Below are positions 12,997-26,744 of a stretch of DNA of 64,000 nucleotides, in pieces (the stretch's first letter is position 1; each line of letters begins with the position of its first letter). Source of the stretch: Octopus vulgaris (Eukaryota); contig OX597831.1 in NCBI GenBank assembly GCA_951406725.2, forward strand, positions 31,310,001 through 31,374,000. Direction: 5' to 3'. The notes under the pieces were generated by a model that saw only the letters and a program-made list of their open reading frames with translations, was not told where the DNA came from and ran no database searches. A program made the position numbers and the translations under genes.

Positions 12997-14170
12997 AAGA
13001 TGGATGGATGGATGGATGGATGGATGGATGGATGGATGGATGGATGGATGGATGGATGGATGGATGGATGGAGGGATGGAGGAGTGGATGGATGGATGGA
13101 TGGATGGATGGATGGATGGATGGATGGATGGATGGATGGATGGATGGATGTGTGAGTGGATGGATGGATGGAGGGAGGGAGGGAGGGAGGGAGGGAGGAA
13201 GGGATTGGTGGATGGATGGATGGATGGGTGGATGGATGGATGTGTGAGTGGATGGATGGATGGAGGGAGGGAGGGAGGGAGGGAGGGAGGAAGGGATTGG
13301 TGGATGGATGGGTGGATGGATGGATTGATGGATGGATGTGTGAGTGGATGGATGGGTGGATGGAAGGATGGGTGGATGGGTGGGTGGATGGATAGATAGA
13401 TGGATGGATGGGTGGGTGGATGGATGGATGGATGGATGGATGGATGGATGGGTGGATGGATGGATGGATGGGTGGATGGAGGGATGGAGGGATGGATGAA
13501 TGAATGGATGGATGGATGGATGGATGGGTGAGTGGATGGATAGATGGATAGGTGGATGGATGGATGGATGGATGGATGGATGGGTGGATGGATGGATGGA
13601 TGGATGGATGGATGGATGGATGGGTGGATGGATCGATGGATCGATGGATCGATGTGAGTGGATGGATGGATGGATGGGTGGATGGATGGATGGATGTGTG
13701 TGTGGATGGATGGATGGATGGAGGGAGGGAGGGAGGGATTGGATGGATGGATGGATGGATGGGTGGATGGATGGATGTGTGAGTGGATGGATGGATGGAT
13801 GGGTGGATGGATGGATGGGTGGATGGGTGGGTGGATGGATAGATAGATGGATGGATGGGTGGGTGGATGGATGGATGGATGGATGGATGGATGGATGGAT
13901 GGATGGATGGATGGGTGGATGGAGGGATGGAGGGAGGGATGAATGAATGGATGGATGGATGGATGGGTGAGTGGATGGATAGATGGATAGGTGGATGGAT
14001 GGATGGATAGATAGATGTGTGAGTGAATGGATGGGTGGATGGATGGATGGATGGATGGATGGATGGATGGATGGATGGATGGATCGATGGATCGATGGAT
14101 CGATGGATCGATGGATGGATGGATGGATGGATGGGTGGATGGGTGGGTGAACGGATGGGTGAACGGATGG
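12997..14170. repeat. Long (GGAT)n-derived satellite with higher-order units
   Basis: GGAT with GGGT/GGGA/GAGT variants recurring in blocks. Confidence 0.95.
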
Positions 14171-14299
14171 AAATCGGTAGGCATCTAACGAAGATAGATA
14201 GGTCGATTTGTTGTTCAGTTGACTGATTACTTGATTGGTTCTTTACACAGACGCACATATACACGCAAATACACACCTACTGACATACATAAATACACA

Positions 14300-14420
14300 A
14301 AGGCAGACAGACAGACAGACAGACAGATACACAGAAAGATAGATAAAGAGATAAACAGACACAGAGAGAGAGAGAGAGAGGTGGATAGATAGACAGACGG
14401 ACAGACAGACAGACAGAAAA

Positions 14421-14477
<57 letters not shown>

Positions 14478-14566
14478 CAGATAGACAGACAGACAAAGAC
14501 AGAAAGATAGATAGACAGACAGACAGACAAAGACAGAGTAACAGACATAGAGAAATAGATAGATAG

Positions 14567-14607
<41 letters not shown>

Positions 14608-14840
14608 CATACATACATACATACATACATACATACATACATACATAGACAGAATAACAGATAGACAGACTAACAGACAGACAGGCACACAGACAGACTA
14701 ACAGACGGACAGAGATACACGCAGACAGAAAGAAAGATTGAGAGGGAGAGGGAGAGAGAGATACATCGACAGTTAGCTAACTACATAGACAGACAGATAG
14801 ATTGGTAGGTAGGTAGATAGATAGGTGGATAGATAAATAG

Positions 14841-14922
<82 letters not shown>
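14300..14922. repeat. (GACA)/(GATA)/(CATA)/(GA) compound microsatellite
   Basis: Direct inspection. Confidence 0.9.
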
Positions 14923-14925
<3 letters not shown>

Positions 14926-15081
14926 GAAAGAACAGGGCACTGACCACGTTTCATAGATTTTAACTATGTAATGATAGATGTAAGAATAGAATCACGATTG
15001 TTCGCATGCCTGTTTCACAAGCATCAGAAGCGAGCACCCGAATGATCAAGAGTATTTTCTAGTGAGTGAGTGTGTTTGTGT

Positions 15082-15168
<87 letters not shown>

Positions 15169-15493
15169 GCGGGATGGTGATAAGAAATTGGGCTCAGAGG
15201 GAAAATGCAGAGTGGCGAGTAGCATGTAATTTAACGAAATATAAGGGGACATTGAATGACATACAAGTTAATTTGTTGATTCATTGAAAAGTTCTCCGTG
15301 TCCATTGAAGTTACACCAATCGCTTGGTGACCATAGGGACCAACAGAGAATGTGAAAGGGAGATCTTCTCTAGAATGAAGGATTCTCACAAAATTTGAAG
15401 TACTACTAAAGGAAGACAATCTGAGTGCCTGAAGGGAAGGGGACAGCTGTGGGCACGTGTTTCTGCCTCTGCATGTGCGTGTGTGTACATACA

Positions 15494-15529
<36 letters not shown>

Positions 15530-15988
15530 TATATATCCTTCTTTTCCCCTCCCTTCCCCCTCCTCTTCTCCCCCTTCTCTTCTCCCCTTTCCTTCTCCCC
15601 TCTTCTCCCCTTTCCTTCTCCCCCTCACCCCTCATCTCATCTCCCCCTCATCTCTCCTCTCTCTCCCCCTTACTTCCACCCTCTTCCTCTCTCCCCTCAT
15701 CTCATCTCCCCTCATCTCCTCTCTCTACACTACACCATACGACTTTACACATCACATCATATATACATACACACGTCCAGACCTCTCATACGCACTAATA
15801 CTCTCTCATACACACACACACACTCTTATGTTGGGGCGAGGTCATTTAACCCTATTATCTCCCCTAATTTCGCTCTTGCGTCTCACGTTTGATCTTTGAC
15901 TTCTGGCCGAAATCAGATCGCCATGTTGATTCGCTAGCCTCTGCACGCATTTTTTTCTCTCCTTCTTTCTGTGTTTCTTTTCTGTGTA

Positions 15989-16026
15989 TCTTTCTGTTGA
16001 AGAGCGTAGGCTCGAAACGTAAAAGA
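15989..16026 (+). ncRNA. Minimal hammerhead ribozyme motif (A6U variant) in a Penelope-like end fragment (~15900-16130)
   Basis: tcttt-CTGTTGA-A-GAGC-gtag-GCTC-GAAAC-GTA-aaaga: 5-bp stem I, 4-bp stem II, loopless stem III; homologous copy at 56572-56609. Confidence 0.65.
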
Positions 16027-16148
16027 CTTGTTTTATTTATATTCCTGAGCGCCATACTAATACAATTGTTTGTTTGTATTCCACCTGCCTTCGTCTTTTG
16101 TCTATTTTCATAAAGCTTCCCGTTATATTTATATATATATATACATAT

Positions 16149-16218
<70 letters not shown>

Positions 16219-16454
16219 TCATACAGGTTTCAAATTTTGGCACAAGGTCAGAAATTTTGGTGTGGGCATTTGATTACATCGACTCCGGTTCTCAAATGGT
16301 ACTTATTTTATCGACTCAAAAAGGGGGAAAGCCAAAATCAATCTCGTCGGAATTTGAAACAGAATATAATGGTGAACAAATGGGCGCCGAAGACTTTGTC
16401 CGGCGTGCTAATGGTTCTACCAGCTCACCGCCCTATAATATAATATTATATTCA

Positions 16455-16838
16455 GGCACAAGGACTGAAACTTTTGGGAGGAGGCCAGTCGATTAGATCG
16501 ACCCCAGTACGCAACTGGTACTTAATTTACCGACCCCGAAATAATGAAAGGCAAAGTCGACCCTGGTAGAATTTGAACTCAGAACGTAACGGCAGACGAA
16601 ATACCTATTTCTTTACTACCCACAAGGGGCTAAACACAGAGAGGACAAACAAGGACAGACAAACAGATTATATCGATTATATCGAGCCCAGTGCGTAACT
16701 GGTACTTAATTTATCGACCCCGAAAGGAGGAAAGGCAAAGTCGAGCTCGGCGGAATTTGAACTCAGAACGTAACGGCAGCCGAAATACTGCTAAGCATTC
16801 CGGCCGGCGTGCTAACGTTTCTGCCAGCTCGCCGCCTT
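16455..16838 (-). mobile_element. SINE family A tandem dimer (two different tails)
   Basis: Head at 16790-16838, body repeated, junction AAATAGGTATTTCG. Confidence 0.85.
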
Positions 16839-17425
16839 TATATTATACTATATTACATTATATTATATTGTATGGTATTCTATAACATAATATATTATCT
16901 AATTCTCCCTAAGTTTCGATAATGGTTGTTCCTATTGTCTGATCAACTGATTTGCCCTACTCATTTTACTTGTGGAGTTGGTGAGCGTATAATTAGAAAA
17001 GTAATTATAAAACCGATGAAGCATATTTACCGGATGTAATTTCCAAAAATCATATTTTAATAATATATTAAAAATATTTTTCGCAGATTTATTTTGTTAT
17101 ATTTTGTTTTTAATATATTATCACTTCTTTATCGTTTTACTTTTCGTTCGTGCCAGTAAAACACCTGATACACCGTAGCAATCTTCTTGAACTGGAAAAT
17201 GCTTTTAATTTAAACATCAGCTTGGAGGCCTTCAGCCTTGACTTACCAAACGAAATTCGGTTCTCGTATTCTAAAAAAGTGCTCAGTATGTGCATGAAAT
17301 GATGCATTAGTCTAGAGTGCTTCTATCGGTCAAGGTTGATAATTTGTTTGCGTCTGTATACGTGTAGGTCTTTGTAAGGGTTTTTGAGGAAATACTAGTA
17401 GTTTAACATGCAAGCATTATTCCTC

Positions 17426-17467
<42 letters not shown>

Positions 17468-18159
17468 TCTCTTCTACCGATGCTTTTCAAGGGAAAGATC
17501 ACCACATAAGAGCTGCTACAACTTGGAATGATGTCATCGCAAGGATTACTGTCAGAGCGCAAAGGGCCGTAACAAGTACTGCGCAACATCTCCAATCCAT
17601 CACCCGCCAATCTATCGTCTGCCTTGGTAAACCTGTTTTCAACTCCGAAAGGCAAAGTTGACCTCGATGAGATTTGAACTCAAAGCACAGAGTGTGAACA
17701 AATATCCGATGCCCTACTCGGCCAATTCGTTCATTCTGCGTCATCGCAAATTATATGCGTCATTACTGATTATAACTGTTGCGTTTGGTAATGATTCTAG
17801 CGATTAGAGTATAATATCTCCACTGTGTTTCCAAATTGGCTTGACATTATTTCAGGTGAAAAGCTTTCCAAAGTCCGCGGATATCATATTTACATAGGAT
17901 GCATTGTAAAGCTACTTTAACATCGTCATGTAACGAGTGAGGCAGCTTCTTCCTTAACGGAAACTGCACTTAGCATAACTTAGCAATTTTCTTCCAAAAG
18001 CGTAAATAATTTCTCTTTAATAATTCCTTCTATGACTTTGCTGATGACGGAAAAAAATATTAGGGCTGTAGGAATTTAGTCTTTAACATCTGTTTTGCGT
18101 CAAACCCTACAGATATAACAGTACTTTTCAGAAATTTTTGAAGAGCTTATCATTTCTGT

Positions 18160-18405
18160 TGAGGCGCGTGGCTTAGTGGTTAGGGTGTCAGCATCATGAT
18201 CGTAAGATTGTGGTTTCGATTCCTGGACCGAGTGACGCGTTGTGTTCTTGAGCAAAACATTTCATTTCACGTTGCTCCAGTCCACTCAGCTGGCAAAAAT
18301 GAGTAACGGTGCGATGGACTGGCGTCCCATCCAGCTGGGGAACACATACGCCATGGAAACCGGGCCCATGAGCCTGGCTAGGCTTTGAAAGGGCGCATTT
18401 ATTTA
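18160..18405 (+). mobile_element. SINE family D with V-domain-like tail
   Basis: A box TGGCTTAGTGG, B box GTTTCGATTCC, CTTGAGCAAAACA..TTGCTCCAG, then GCGATGGACTGGCGTCCCATCCAG. Confidence 0.8.
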
Positions 18406-18548
18406 TTATATTATCACTCCTACGAAAGCTTGGAGAAGTATCTAGAGTGGTTTAAGTAATCTCATTGCACGTTTTAAGACAAATGGGAAGCTATGAGAGG
18501 TTATTGCGAGCCCGTTTCAATTTTGACAAGCATTCCAACATTTATATA

Positions 18549-18906
18549 TGGTTGATCCGAATCAACGGAACAGCCTGCTCGTGAAATTAACGTGTAAGTG
18601 ACCGAGCACTCCACAGACACGGGTACCCTTAACGTAGTTCTCGGGGATATTCAGCGTGGCGTGACACAGAGAGTGACAAGGCCGGCCCTTTGAAATACAG
18701 GTACAACAGAAGCAGGAAGTAAGAGTGAGAGAAAGTTGTGGTGAAAGAGATCACCAGCAGGGATCACCACCATCCCCTGCCGGAGCCTCGTGGAGCTTTA
18801 GGTGTTTTCGCTCAATAAACACTCACAACACCCGGTCTGGGAATCGAAACCGCGATCCTATGACCGCGTGTCCGCTGCCCTAACCACTGGGCCATTGCGC
18901 CTCCAC
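18549..18906 (-). mobile_element. SINE family C
   Basis: Nearly identical to 31368-31754. Confidence 0.9.
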
Positions 18907-19104
18907 CATTTATATATACATAATAGACAGTTGTTAGTTCTTTTTCAAAACTTGCAGTGTTGGGGTTTCATCTGGCTCATCTACTTGTTTGTCATTATAC
19001 CAGGCTGGTATAATACTGTGGCATTGTCCTTGCAATACTTCTCATACTGAGAGCAAATCTACAGTAAGTGGGTCGCTTCTTTCAAATAATGGCCGTTAGT
19101 TTTG

Positions 19105-19236
19105 AATTATGACATTGGGCTATGTGTGTGTCAAGTTTCATCAGAATCGGTTGAAAGCCGTGGTCAGGGTGAGGGTACAAGCAAACAGACACACAGAAAC
19201 ACGCACAGACAAACTGCCGTTTATATAGAGAGAGAT
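19105..19236 (-). mobile_element. 5' fragment of a second Helitron-like family
   Basis: Minus strand A|TCTCTCTCTATATAAACGGC, then GTCTGT repeats and AACCGATTCTGATGAAACT, typical of non-autonomous Helitron 5' ends; no 3' CTAG end found. Confidence 0.5.
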
Positions 19237-19292
19237 TTCTTGTAAATATAGGATTGGTCTTTATATTTTCGATAGCCTTGATTTCCTTTACG

Positions 19293-19368
<76 letters not shown>

Positions 19369-19744
19369 TCTCACACACACACACACTCACTCTTCCTCTC
19401 TCCCGTTTACATGGGATCATTTTATTTATGTGCTGCATGTGTGTCATCTTTAAAGGAGGGCGTCTGCTAGTAATTTGAGAATTTAAGCAATTTGAGACTT
19501 TTGTTCTTAGCCTTAAGGGAATTCTTCCGAGACATTCCAGTTTTAGCTGAGCTAAAATACATGTAGCTAGAGTTAATGGCATTAATTGCCTCAGTTTCAT
19601 GTCATTCCTTTTGCTGAGAGAATTAGGCGTCAATATAGGTTTCAGATCAATTCACTGACTGATTTCTATGACAGATCGTGAAAAATCAGAGTGGAAAAAG
19701 ACTGATACCGACGTACAGTTCTATAATATTGTGGTCAGCAAAAA

Positions 19745-19955
19745 AGGCGGCGAGCTGGCAGAATCGTTAGAACGCGGGACATAATGCTTATCGGCACTTC
19801 GTCCGTCTTTACGTTCTGAGTTCAAATTCCGCGGAGGCTGACTTTGCCTTTTATGCTTCCAGGGTTGATAAAATAAGTACCACTTGAGTACTGGGGTCGA
19901 TGTAATCAACTTACCCTCTCCCTCGAAATTGCGGACCTTGTGCCAAAATTTGAAA
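19745..19955 (+). mobile_element. SINE family A monomer
   Basis: GGCGGCGAGCTGGCAGAATCGTTAG head plus core. Confidence 0.85.
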
Positions 19956-20532
19956 TCAGTATTATGGTCAGAAAAGGGAGTTACTTTCACAATGAGTAGG
20001 AATTCTTCATGTTTATATTTAACCTTTTCTTTGCTTCAGTCATTGGACTGCGGCCCTACTGGGGCACCGCCTCGAAGGCTTTTTTTTATTCGCACGAATC
20101 GACCCAAGTAGTTATTTTTTTGCCTGTCCTTGTTTGTCCCCTCTATATTTAGTCCCTTGTGGGCAATAAAGAAATAAGAAAACGTGGCCCTCTGGTGTGT
20201 TACATTTGGGGTTATTCGTGTGATTAAAAAGAAATGCAATAATGTATTAACATAATTTATTTAATACTTGTTTCTCTCCAACCCTCTCTTCAAATTTTCT
20301 CTTGTGATTTAAGGTGTCCAATGGCGATGCGTTGAGTCGGTTTATATAGATAATAGTTACAAACCACTTTTGTATATGACGAAGATTACATGCTTAAGCA
20401 TGCATATGTTTCAATATATTGACAGATGAGTTTCTGTAAGTGTCTTACGTATTTCCTGATTACATACTGCAAAGTTTCCCAAGAACGGAAGTTTACTCGG
20501 TTAAAAGGAGTTACAAAAGTTGTAAAGACACC

Positions 20533-20750
20533 TCTTTTACTCTTTTACTTGTTTCAGTCATTTGACTGCGGCCATGCTGGAGCACCGCCTTTAGTCGAGT
20601 AAATCGACCCCAGGACTTATTCTTTGGAAGCCTAGTACTTATTCTATCAGTCTCTTTTGCCGAACCGCTAAGTTACGGGGGACATAAACACACCACCATC
20701 GGTTGTCAAGCGATGTTGTGGGGCCAAACACAGACACACACACATCTATA

Positions 20751-20785
<35 letters not shown>

Positions 20786-20950
20786 GACGGTCTTCTTTTC
20801 AGTTTCCATCTACCAAATCCACTCACAAGGCTTTGGTCGAAGACACTCACAAGGCTATAGCAGAAGACACTTGTCCAAGGTGCCACGCAATGGGACTGAA
20901 CCCGGAACCATGTGGTTGGTAAGCAAGCTACTTACCACACAACCACTCCT
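20533..20950 (-). mobile_element. SINE family B, full length
   Basis: Head TGTGGTAAG..GGTTCAGTCCC to tail AGTAAAAGAGTAAAAGAG. Confidence 0.9.
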
Positions 20951-21039
20951 ACGTATAATGATAATTATAATTAGACTATATACGTAGTGGGTGACCATCT
21001 TGCATGTATTATTGTTGATGACTTTGTGTGTTGATTGCG

Positions 21040-21362
21040 AAGATGCGTGGCTTAGTGGTTAGGGTATTCGGCTCACAATCGTAATGTCGTGAGTTCGATA
21101 CGCGGCGGCTTGTTATGTACTTAAGCAAAACACTTTATTTAGTGTTGTTCCTGTTTACTCAGCTGGCAAGAATGAGTAGCACGTGTATTTCAATGGGGTC
21201 AGCCTTGTCACATTTTGTGTCACGCTGAATCTCTCTAAGAACTACGTTAAGGGTACGCTTGTCTGTGGAGTGCCCATCCACTAGCACGTTAGTTTCACAA
21301 GCAGAAAGTCCCGTTCGTCTCGATTAACTGGAACCCTCATCGTCGTAATCGACGGAGTACCG
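21040..21362 (+). mobile_element. SINE family D with the tail shared with family C
   Basis: D head then GTATTTCAA.GGG.CAGCCTTGTCAC...CGTCGTAA.CGACGGAGT. Confidence 0.8.
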
Positions 21363-21453
21363 GTGTGTGCTGGCGCTGGTAGTCTTACATCTGATCGTAT
21401 TGTAGCTGTGCTAGCTGCAGTGCTATTTTCTATAAAATGCTTTTTAAAAGAAA

Positions 21454-21847
21454 CTAGCAGTATCGCCCGGCGTTGCTCGGGTTTGTAAGGGAAATAACTA
21501 TATAAGCATTTTTAGAGATGTAAAGTATAATAGCCATCTCAATATAGTTAACCACAAAGCGAGGTGTTACTGTAGCTTTTTACGTTCTGATATTTAATAA
21601 TAAATTTTTAGAGAGTTACTTCCCTTATATATGCCAAAAATGCATTAAAAATGGAAAAAATTGATGGTAAATTTTTTTTTAATCGTAGACTCATCGTAGA
21701 CGCGCGCTAATACCCAGAAGGGCTCGATATGAATCACGACTATAAGATACCCGGTTTTGGTTAAACTGCACCGCAAAATGTGGGAGTAGTTAGGAATCTA
21801 AATCGTAGGAGACAGACAGCACACAACCTTACTTTTATATATAAAGA
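21454..21847 (-). mobile_element. Non-autonomous Helitron (same termini as 6966-7479)
   Basis: Minus strand 5' TC, 3' CCCGAGCAACGCCGGG...CTAG, A|T insertion site. Confidence 0.9.
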
Positions 21848-22510
21848 TATGTTGCTCTAATACGATTCATCTTTTGGGGATTTAAAAAAAATGCCTTCAC
21901 TATGTTCTTTTCGTGTAACTGGGAATGACATGGCGCGGTGTTTGTGGATGCTGGCAACTTGCCTTGGAAGATTGGACATTCAGGCTGTTTTGGCAGTTCC
22001 AACCATTTTTATATCATCGTGAGTTCTTGAAAAGAATTGCCCTATTTTCTATAAGATTAGCAGAACTTGGAATGAACGTAACCGCAATTCATCTCATTTT
22101 ACATATCCAACTACAAGTAACTTTTACACTATTCGCAAGTAACCAAAAGTTCATATGTTTTTATTGAATTTTGTCTTCCTTACGTTTTTTTGTGTGTGGT
22201 GTGAATGATTATTATGTTCAATTCGAGAAGTAAAACATCAAATACATTTGATCGGGTATGATTTTGAACAGAAAGTCTGTTTGCTGAGAAAATTAACTGC
22301 CGAACATAATTAGAACTCCACAGCAGTTTCGTTCCACACCCATTTCTGTTTATTTTTTATTTTTATTTTTTTTTTATATACATGTACGTACTTGTATATA
22401 TACCGGGTGTAAACATTTCGATTTAAAAAAAGACATTTTATATTTTTCTTAAATGTTTCTTTCCTACGTTTTTACTTCCTTTCAACTTTTTTAAGTTGCG
22501 GACGGATATC

Positions 22511-22567
<57 letters not shown>

Positions 22568-22587
22568 ACATACACACACAAACACTC

Positions 22588-22648
<61 letters not shown>

Positions 22649-22719
22649 TACGCCCATGAATCCAATTCGAAAGAACTGCTATGTTGCCCATAAGCTAAAT
22701 AAAAATCATCATCATTATC

Positions 22720-22780
<61 letters not shown>

Positions 22781-24045
22781 AAGGGAACGGACGTCTATGT
22801 TAGATTTCCGAAAAAAAAAAGCTTGTAATTCTAAACCGTATAACTTTAAAGAGAAAAAAAATTTTTTTTTTTTCAACTTTTGTTAACTAAAAGTTTTCAG
22901 ATTTATTTGAGGATCCACCCTAGGGTAGAAGGAAAGTTTATCTTAGATATTTTTAGCTGTTCATTAAATTCTGGCGTATAGCCATATGCAATATTTGCAC
23001 GCGTTGCATGATGGCTGCTTCAGAAATATCATCGTACCAATGATAGTTATAGCCTCGATATGATAAACATGCTCCCAATATAATTTTAAATAGAAGTATA
23101 AATACATAACGAAGAATCCAGCAGAGATTAAATCTTAAGTATTCACAGTCGTACATTAGAAGACAGACAAAAGAATAGCGTCGAAAAACTGATTTGGACA
23201 AGGAAACAATGCGAACAGCTACGACAAATACCACCAACGACAACATTTCTTTTACAAAAGTTGTATCTGGGGCTCTTTGTGATCAAAAACATTTTCGACA
23301 TAAGCTAACTGAAGCAATATGTGGGTGAAGTATCTCGCAAAAGGCAGTACCTCTTTGGGTGATAAATTTATCCAGGATAAGGCGAGGAATAACATACCAT
23401 TGTTCTTCAAAATATATGGATTGGCCTTTCTTATACACTCGAAAGAGTAGTTGGGTGAAGTCCTGGTCGTTGTATGATAGGATGTGTGCACCTGGAGAGT
23501 GCATATGTAAATATGTGCCTGGTCCTTCAGACAGAGAATCGATGATAAGATACGTAGAGCTAGTGCATGACATGTCTACTCCCAGGTGAGTGCTACGGTA
23601 CATGTCTTTCAAGAATATGAAGAAACCGACTAGAGATATTAGAACTTAGTTTATCTCATTTGTACAACAGTAAGGGCACGTGGATGTCACCAAGGCGATC
23701 CACAATAAAATATGATCGGCTGGGGTCTGCATGGGCTTTAAGGTTCTAATACTTCACCCTCAATAACATTGAGGTGCTTCTGGAACTTTACGTTACTAAG
23801 GGAGCGGAAAGGAGCTAGACTTCATTGACTGTTTAGTTAAGAAGATACGGTTATTAAGTGCACATGTAGTAATAAAGACCACTTGAGGTCTTTCTGCAAC
23901 AGAAAACAGGTAGCAGCAAAAGCATCAACAACTAAAGGAAGCCTCAGAAAGAAAATTTTGGCTGCAGCTACCTCAAAAGCACCATTAACCACAAGTTGGA
24001 TGACAGCCAAATTGGAAGCAAATGAAACCTACTGTCATCAATACC

Positions 24046-24277
24046 TATTTCTTTATTACCCACAAGGGGCTAAACACAGAGGGGACAAACAAGGACAGAC
24101 ATAGGTATTAAGTCGATTACATCGACCCCAGTGCGTAACTGGTACTTAATTTATCGACCCCGAAAGGATGAAAGGCAAAGTCGACCTCGGCGGAATTTGA
24201 ACTCACAACGTAACGGCAGACGAAATACCGCTAAGCATTTCGCCCGGCGTGCTACCGATTCTGCCAGCTCGCCGCCT
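24046..24277 (-). mobile_element. SINE family A monomer with 13-bp TSD
   Basis: TGTCAT(C/T)AATACC at 24033-24045 and 24278-24290. Confidence 0.9.
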
Positions 24278-25409
24278 TGTCATTAATACCAGCAGCAGAA
24301 TGGGCTTATGATGTAAATCACAGAGAAACCAAGAGATCTTCTCTTCCTCCGTCACTGTGTCGTTCGAGTTGCAATTCCATCCATTGACTTCCGATGAAGT
24401 TAGAACATAGAGTAGGAGGGAAGATCATCAGGGATAGTAAAAAGTATCTCTGTGTGTGTGTCTGTGTGTCTATGTTTGTCCCACACACACACACACACAT
24501 TCACTGCTTGACAAGTGGTGTTGGTGTGTTTACGTTCCCGTAGCTTAGTGGTTCGGCAAAAGAGCCCGATAGAATAAGTACCAGGCTTTAAAAAAATAAG
24601 TCTCAGAGTCGATTTGTTCGACTCAAATCCTTCAGGGCGTTTCCCCAGCTGGCTGCAGGCAAATGACTGAAACAAGTAAAACATAAAATATACAAGATAA
24701 ACAATAAACCTTGGGACGGCTGAGACTTAAAACTATATTTCAAGCTTTACAAAACGAGAAATTCTGGTTTGGTTTTATTTATCATAAAACGATTTTTGTT
24801 ATCTGTGAATGGGTTGCCTCCGACACTCGGACAAACACAAAGACAAGTATGTTTTACAGACTATATTTTATTAACTTTCACGTTTTCCCGACATTTCATG
24901 TCAAGATTTCTAGCAGTTACGCCCACATTGCGAAGTAAAATATTACAACATCACGCAAGGCCAATTAGACAGTACGAAAAAAATTGCACCGCTTACAATA
25001 AAAAGAATAAAATAATAAATATATTAATGAAAAAAAAATTATTTCAGAAACTTTCACAAATAGTTTTAATGATAGTGTTGACGGCGTCAACAACAGTCAT
25101 TCAGAGAAATGTTAGACCATCGAAGTAGTATGTTGAAGGCGCTAGTTTTGCTTGTTGTGACACAAACAGAAATCATGGATTTATCATGGTTCCCAGAAGA
25201 AGGAATTAATTAGAAAAATTTTGTAAAGCCAAACAGAGTACCTTTGCTCTAGAATCTAATCTAAGAGAGAGCAATGCATAGAATAATATATCTGTTTCAA
25301 AAAGGGTTTCGGGGAATTTCATCTACCATCGAATAAGGAGTATAACAAGATAAATCTTATGGCACCGGCCACCATAAAAATCTAACTGAAATAATACTGG
25401 AACCAATTA

Positions 25410-26438
25410 TCAGGTCATCCCATAAGTTCTGTCCGAATTTTGAATAAAGAAAACAAGTGATCAAATGTTATATTAAATTGAAATTTAATCATCAATGTAC
25501 TTACCCTGATTATCTATGACTTCCTTCCATCTATTTACAAGCTTTTTAATACCATCAATGTAAAACTCTTTTGGTTTCAAAGCGAAGAAATCTGAAATGT
25601 CAGTTTCGACTCCTCCTGGCTTGCGAAAGTTAGGTCCCCCAAAGGATTCTGTAAACTACGAAACAAATGGTAGTCTAAAGGAGCGAGGTCGGGAGAATAA
25701 GCTATTCGATCTTCTGTGATGTGATCTTTGCAGTGTGGGGTCGCGCATTGTCCTGATGAAACATCACTCCTTTTCGATTCATTAAAGCGGGTCTTTTTTT
25801 CTTCAAAGCTTGGTTCAAACACTCTAATTGCTGACAGTAGACTTGAGCATTGACTGTTGCATTAGGTGGTAACAATTGAAAGTGAATTACTCCTTTACAA
25901 CCTCACCAGATAGAGGGAAGAACTTTTTTTCCCATGAAGTTGTTGAAGATGACGATGAACAGTTGTATGGTTTGAACTAAGCTTTATTGCCAATTCAATT
26001 GATAATGCAGGATTTTCTTCAAATAATGCTTCAAGGAGCTTATCATCAAACTCAACTGGACGTCTGTTCAATCTTCATCTTCAAGGCTGAAATCTCCACT
26101 TCTGAATTTTGCAAACCATCTTCTGCAAGTTCTTTCATTCAAGCATTCTTTCCCATAAAATGCGTGTATGCTTCGAGTCGCTTCGGCTGCAGAGTTTCCT
26201 TTTTTTGCACTCATAAAGCATTATGTGCCTTAAGTACTCTTTGGATATTTCCATGTTAGAAAGGGTTTTAATGAAAGAAATTTTAATTCTATTATTCTGT
26301 AAAATAATATCTAATTAGTTTAAATGTACACAAATGCATGAAAATAATTTTTAATTCCATTAGACATTCTGAAACACTATTAAATTTCATTCAGTTTAAA
26401 AAAAGGTAAAATCGGACAGAACTTATGGGATGACCTGA
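25410..26438 (-). mobile_element. Mariner transposon with both TIRs, transposase pseudogenised
   Basis: Perfect 27-bp TIR TCAGGTCATCCCATAAGTTCTGTCCGA (25410-25436 / 26412-26438), TA TSD; MEISKEYLRHIML..RWFAKFRSGDFSLED and YSPDLAPLDYHLFRSLQN motifs; deletions and frameshifts. Confidence 0.95.
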
Positions 26439-26744
26439 TAGTTCCAGAATTTCTTTATTTGAATTTTAAAATCTGCAGTTCCCAGTCTATAGTCAATATG
26501 CGAGTTGCCATTCAACAAATTTCAATGCCAAATATTTAAGGTGACAGGGTTACTAGAGGAGAGGCTCTGTTTCTGACATGGCGAATTCTAAGCCAAAACA
26601 CAAAATGGATTCAATGCTTGTTGCCCAAGGGTTCATAAAGAGCATAATTCATAAAGAAACTCTGATATATAAATTTCCTAGTAAGGTTTGTTCAAAACAT
26701 TTATTCCTTGAATCTTTACATTAGGTTATGCCTTACATATATAC

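Noticed and set aside
12844-14276. Longest ORFs (446 aa and 428 aa, HPSI repeats)
   Set aside because: Translations of the (ATCC)n satellite, which lacks stops by composition
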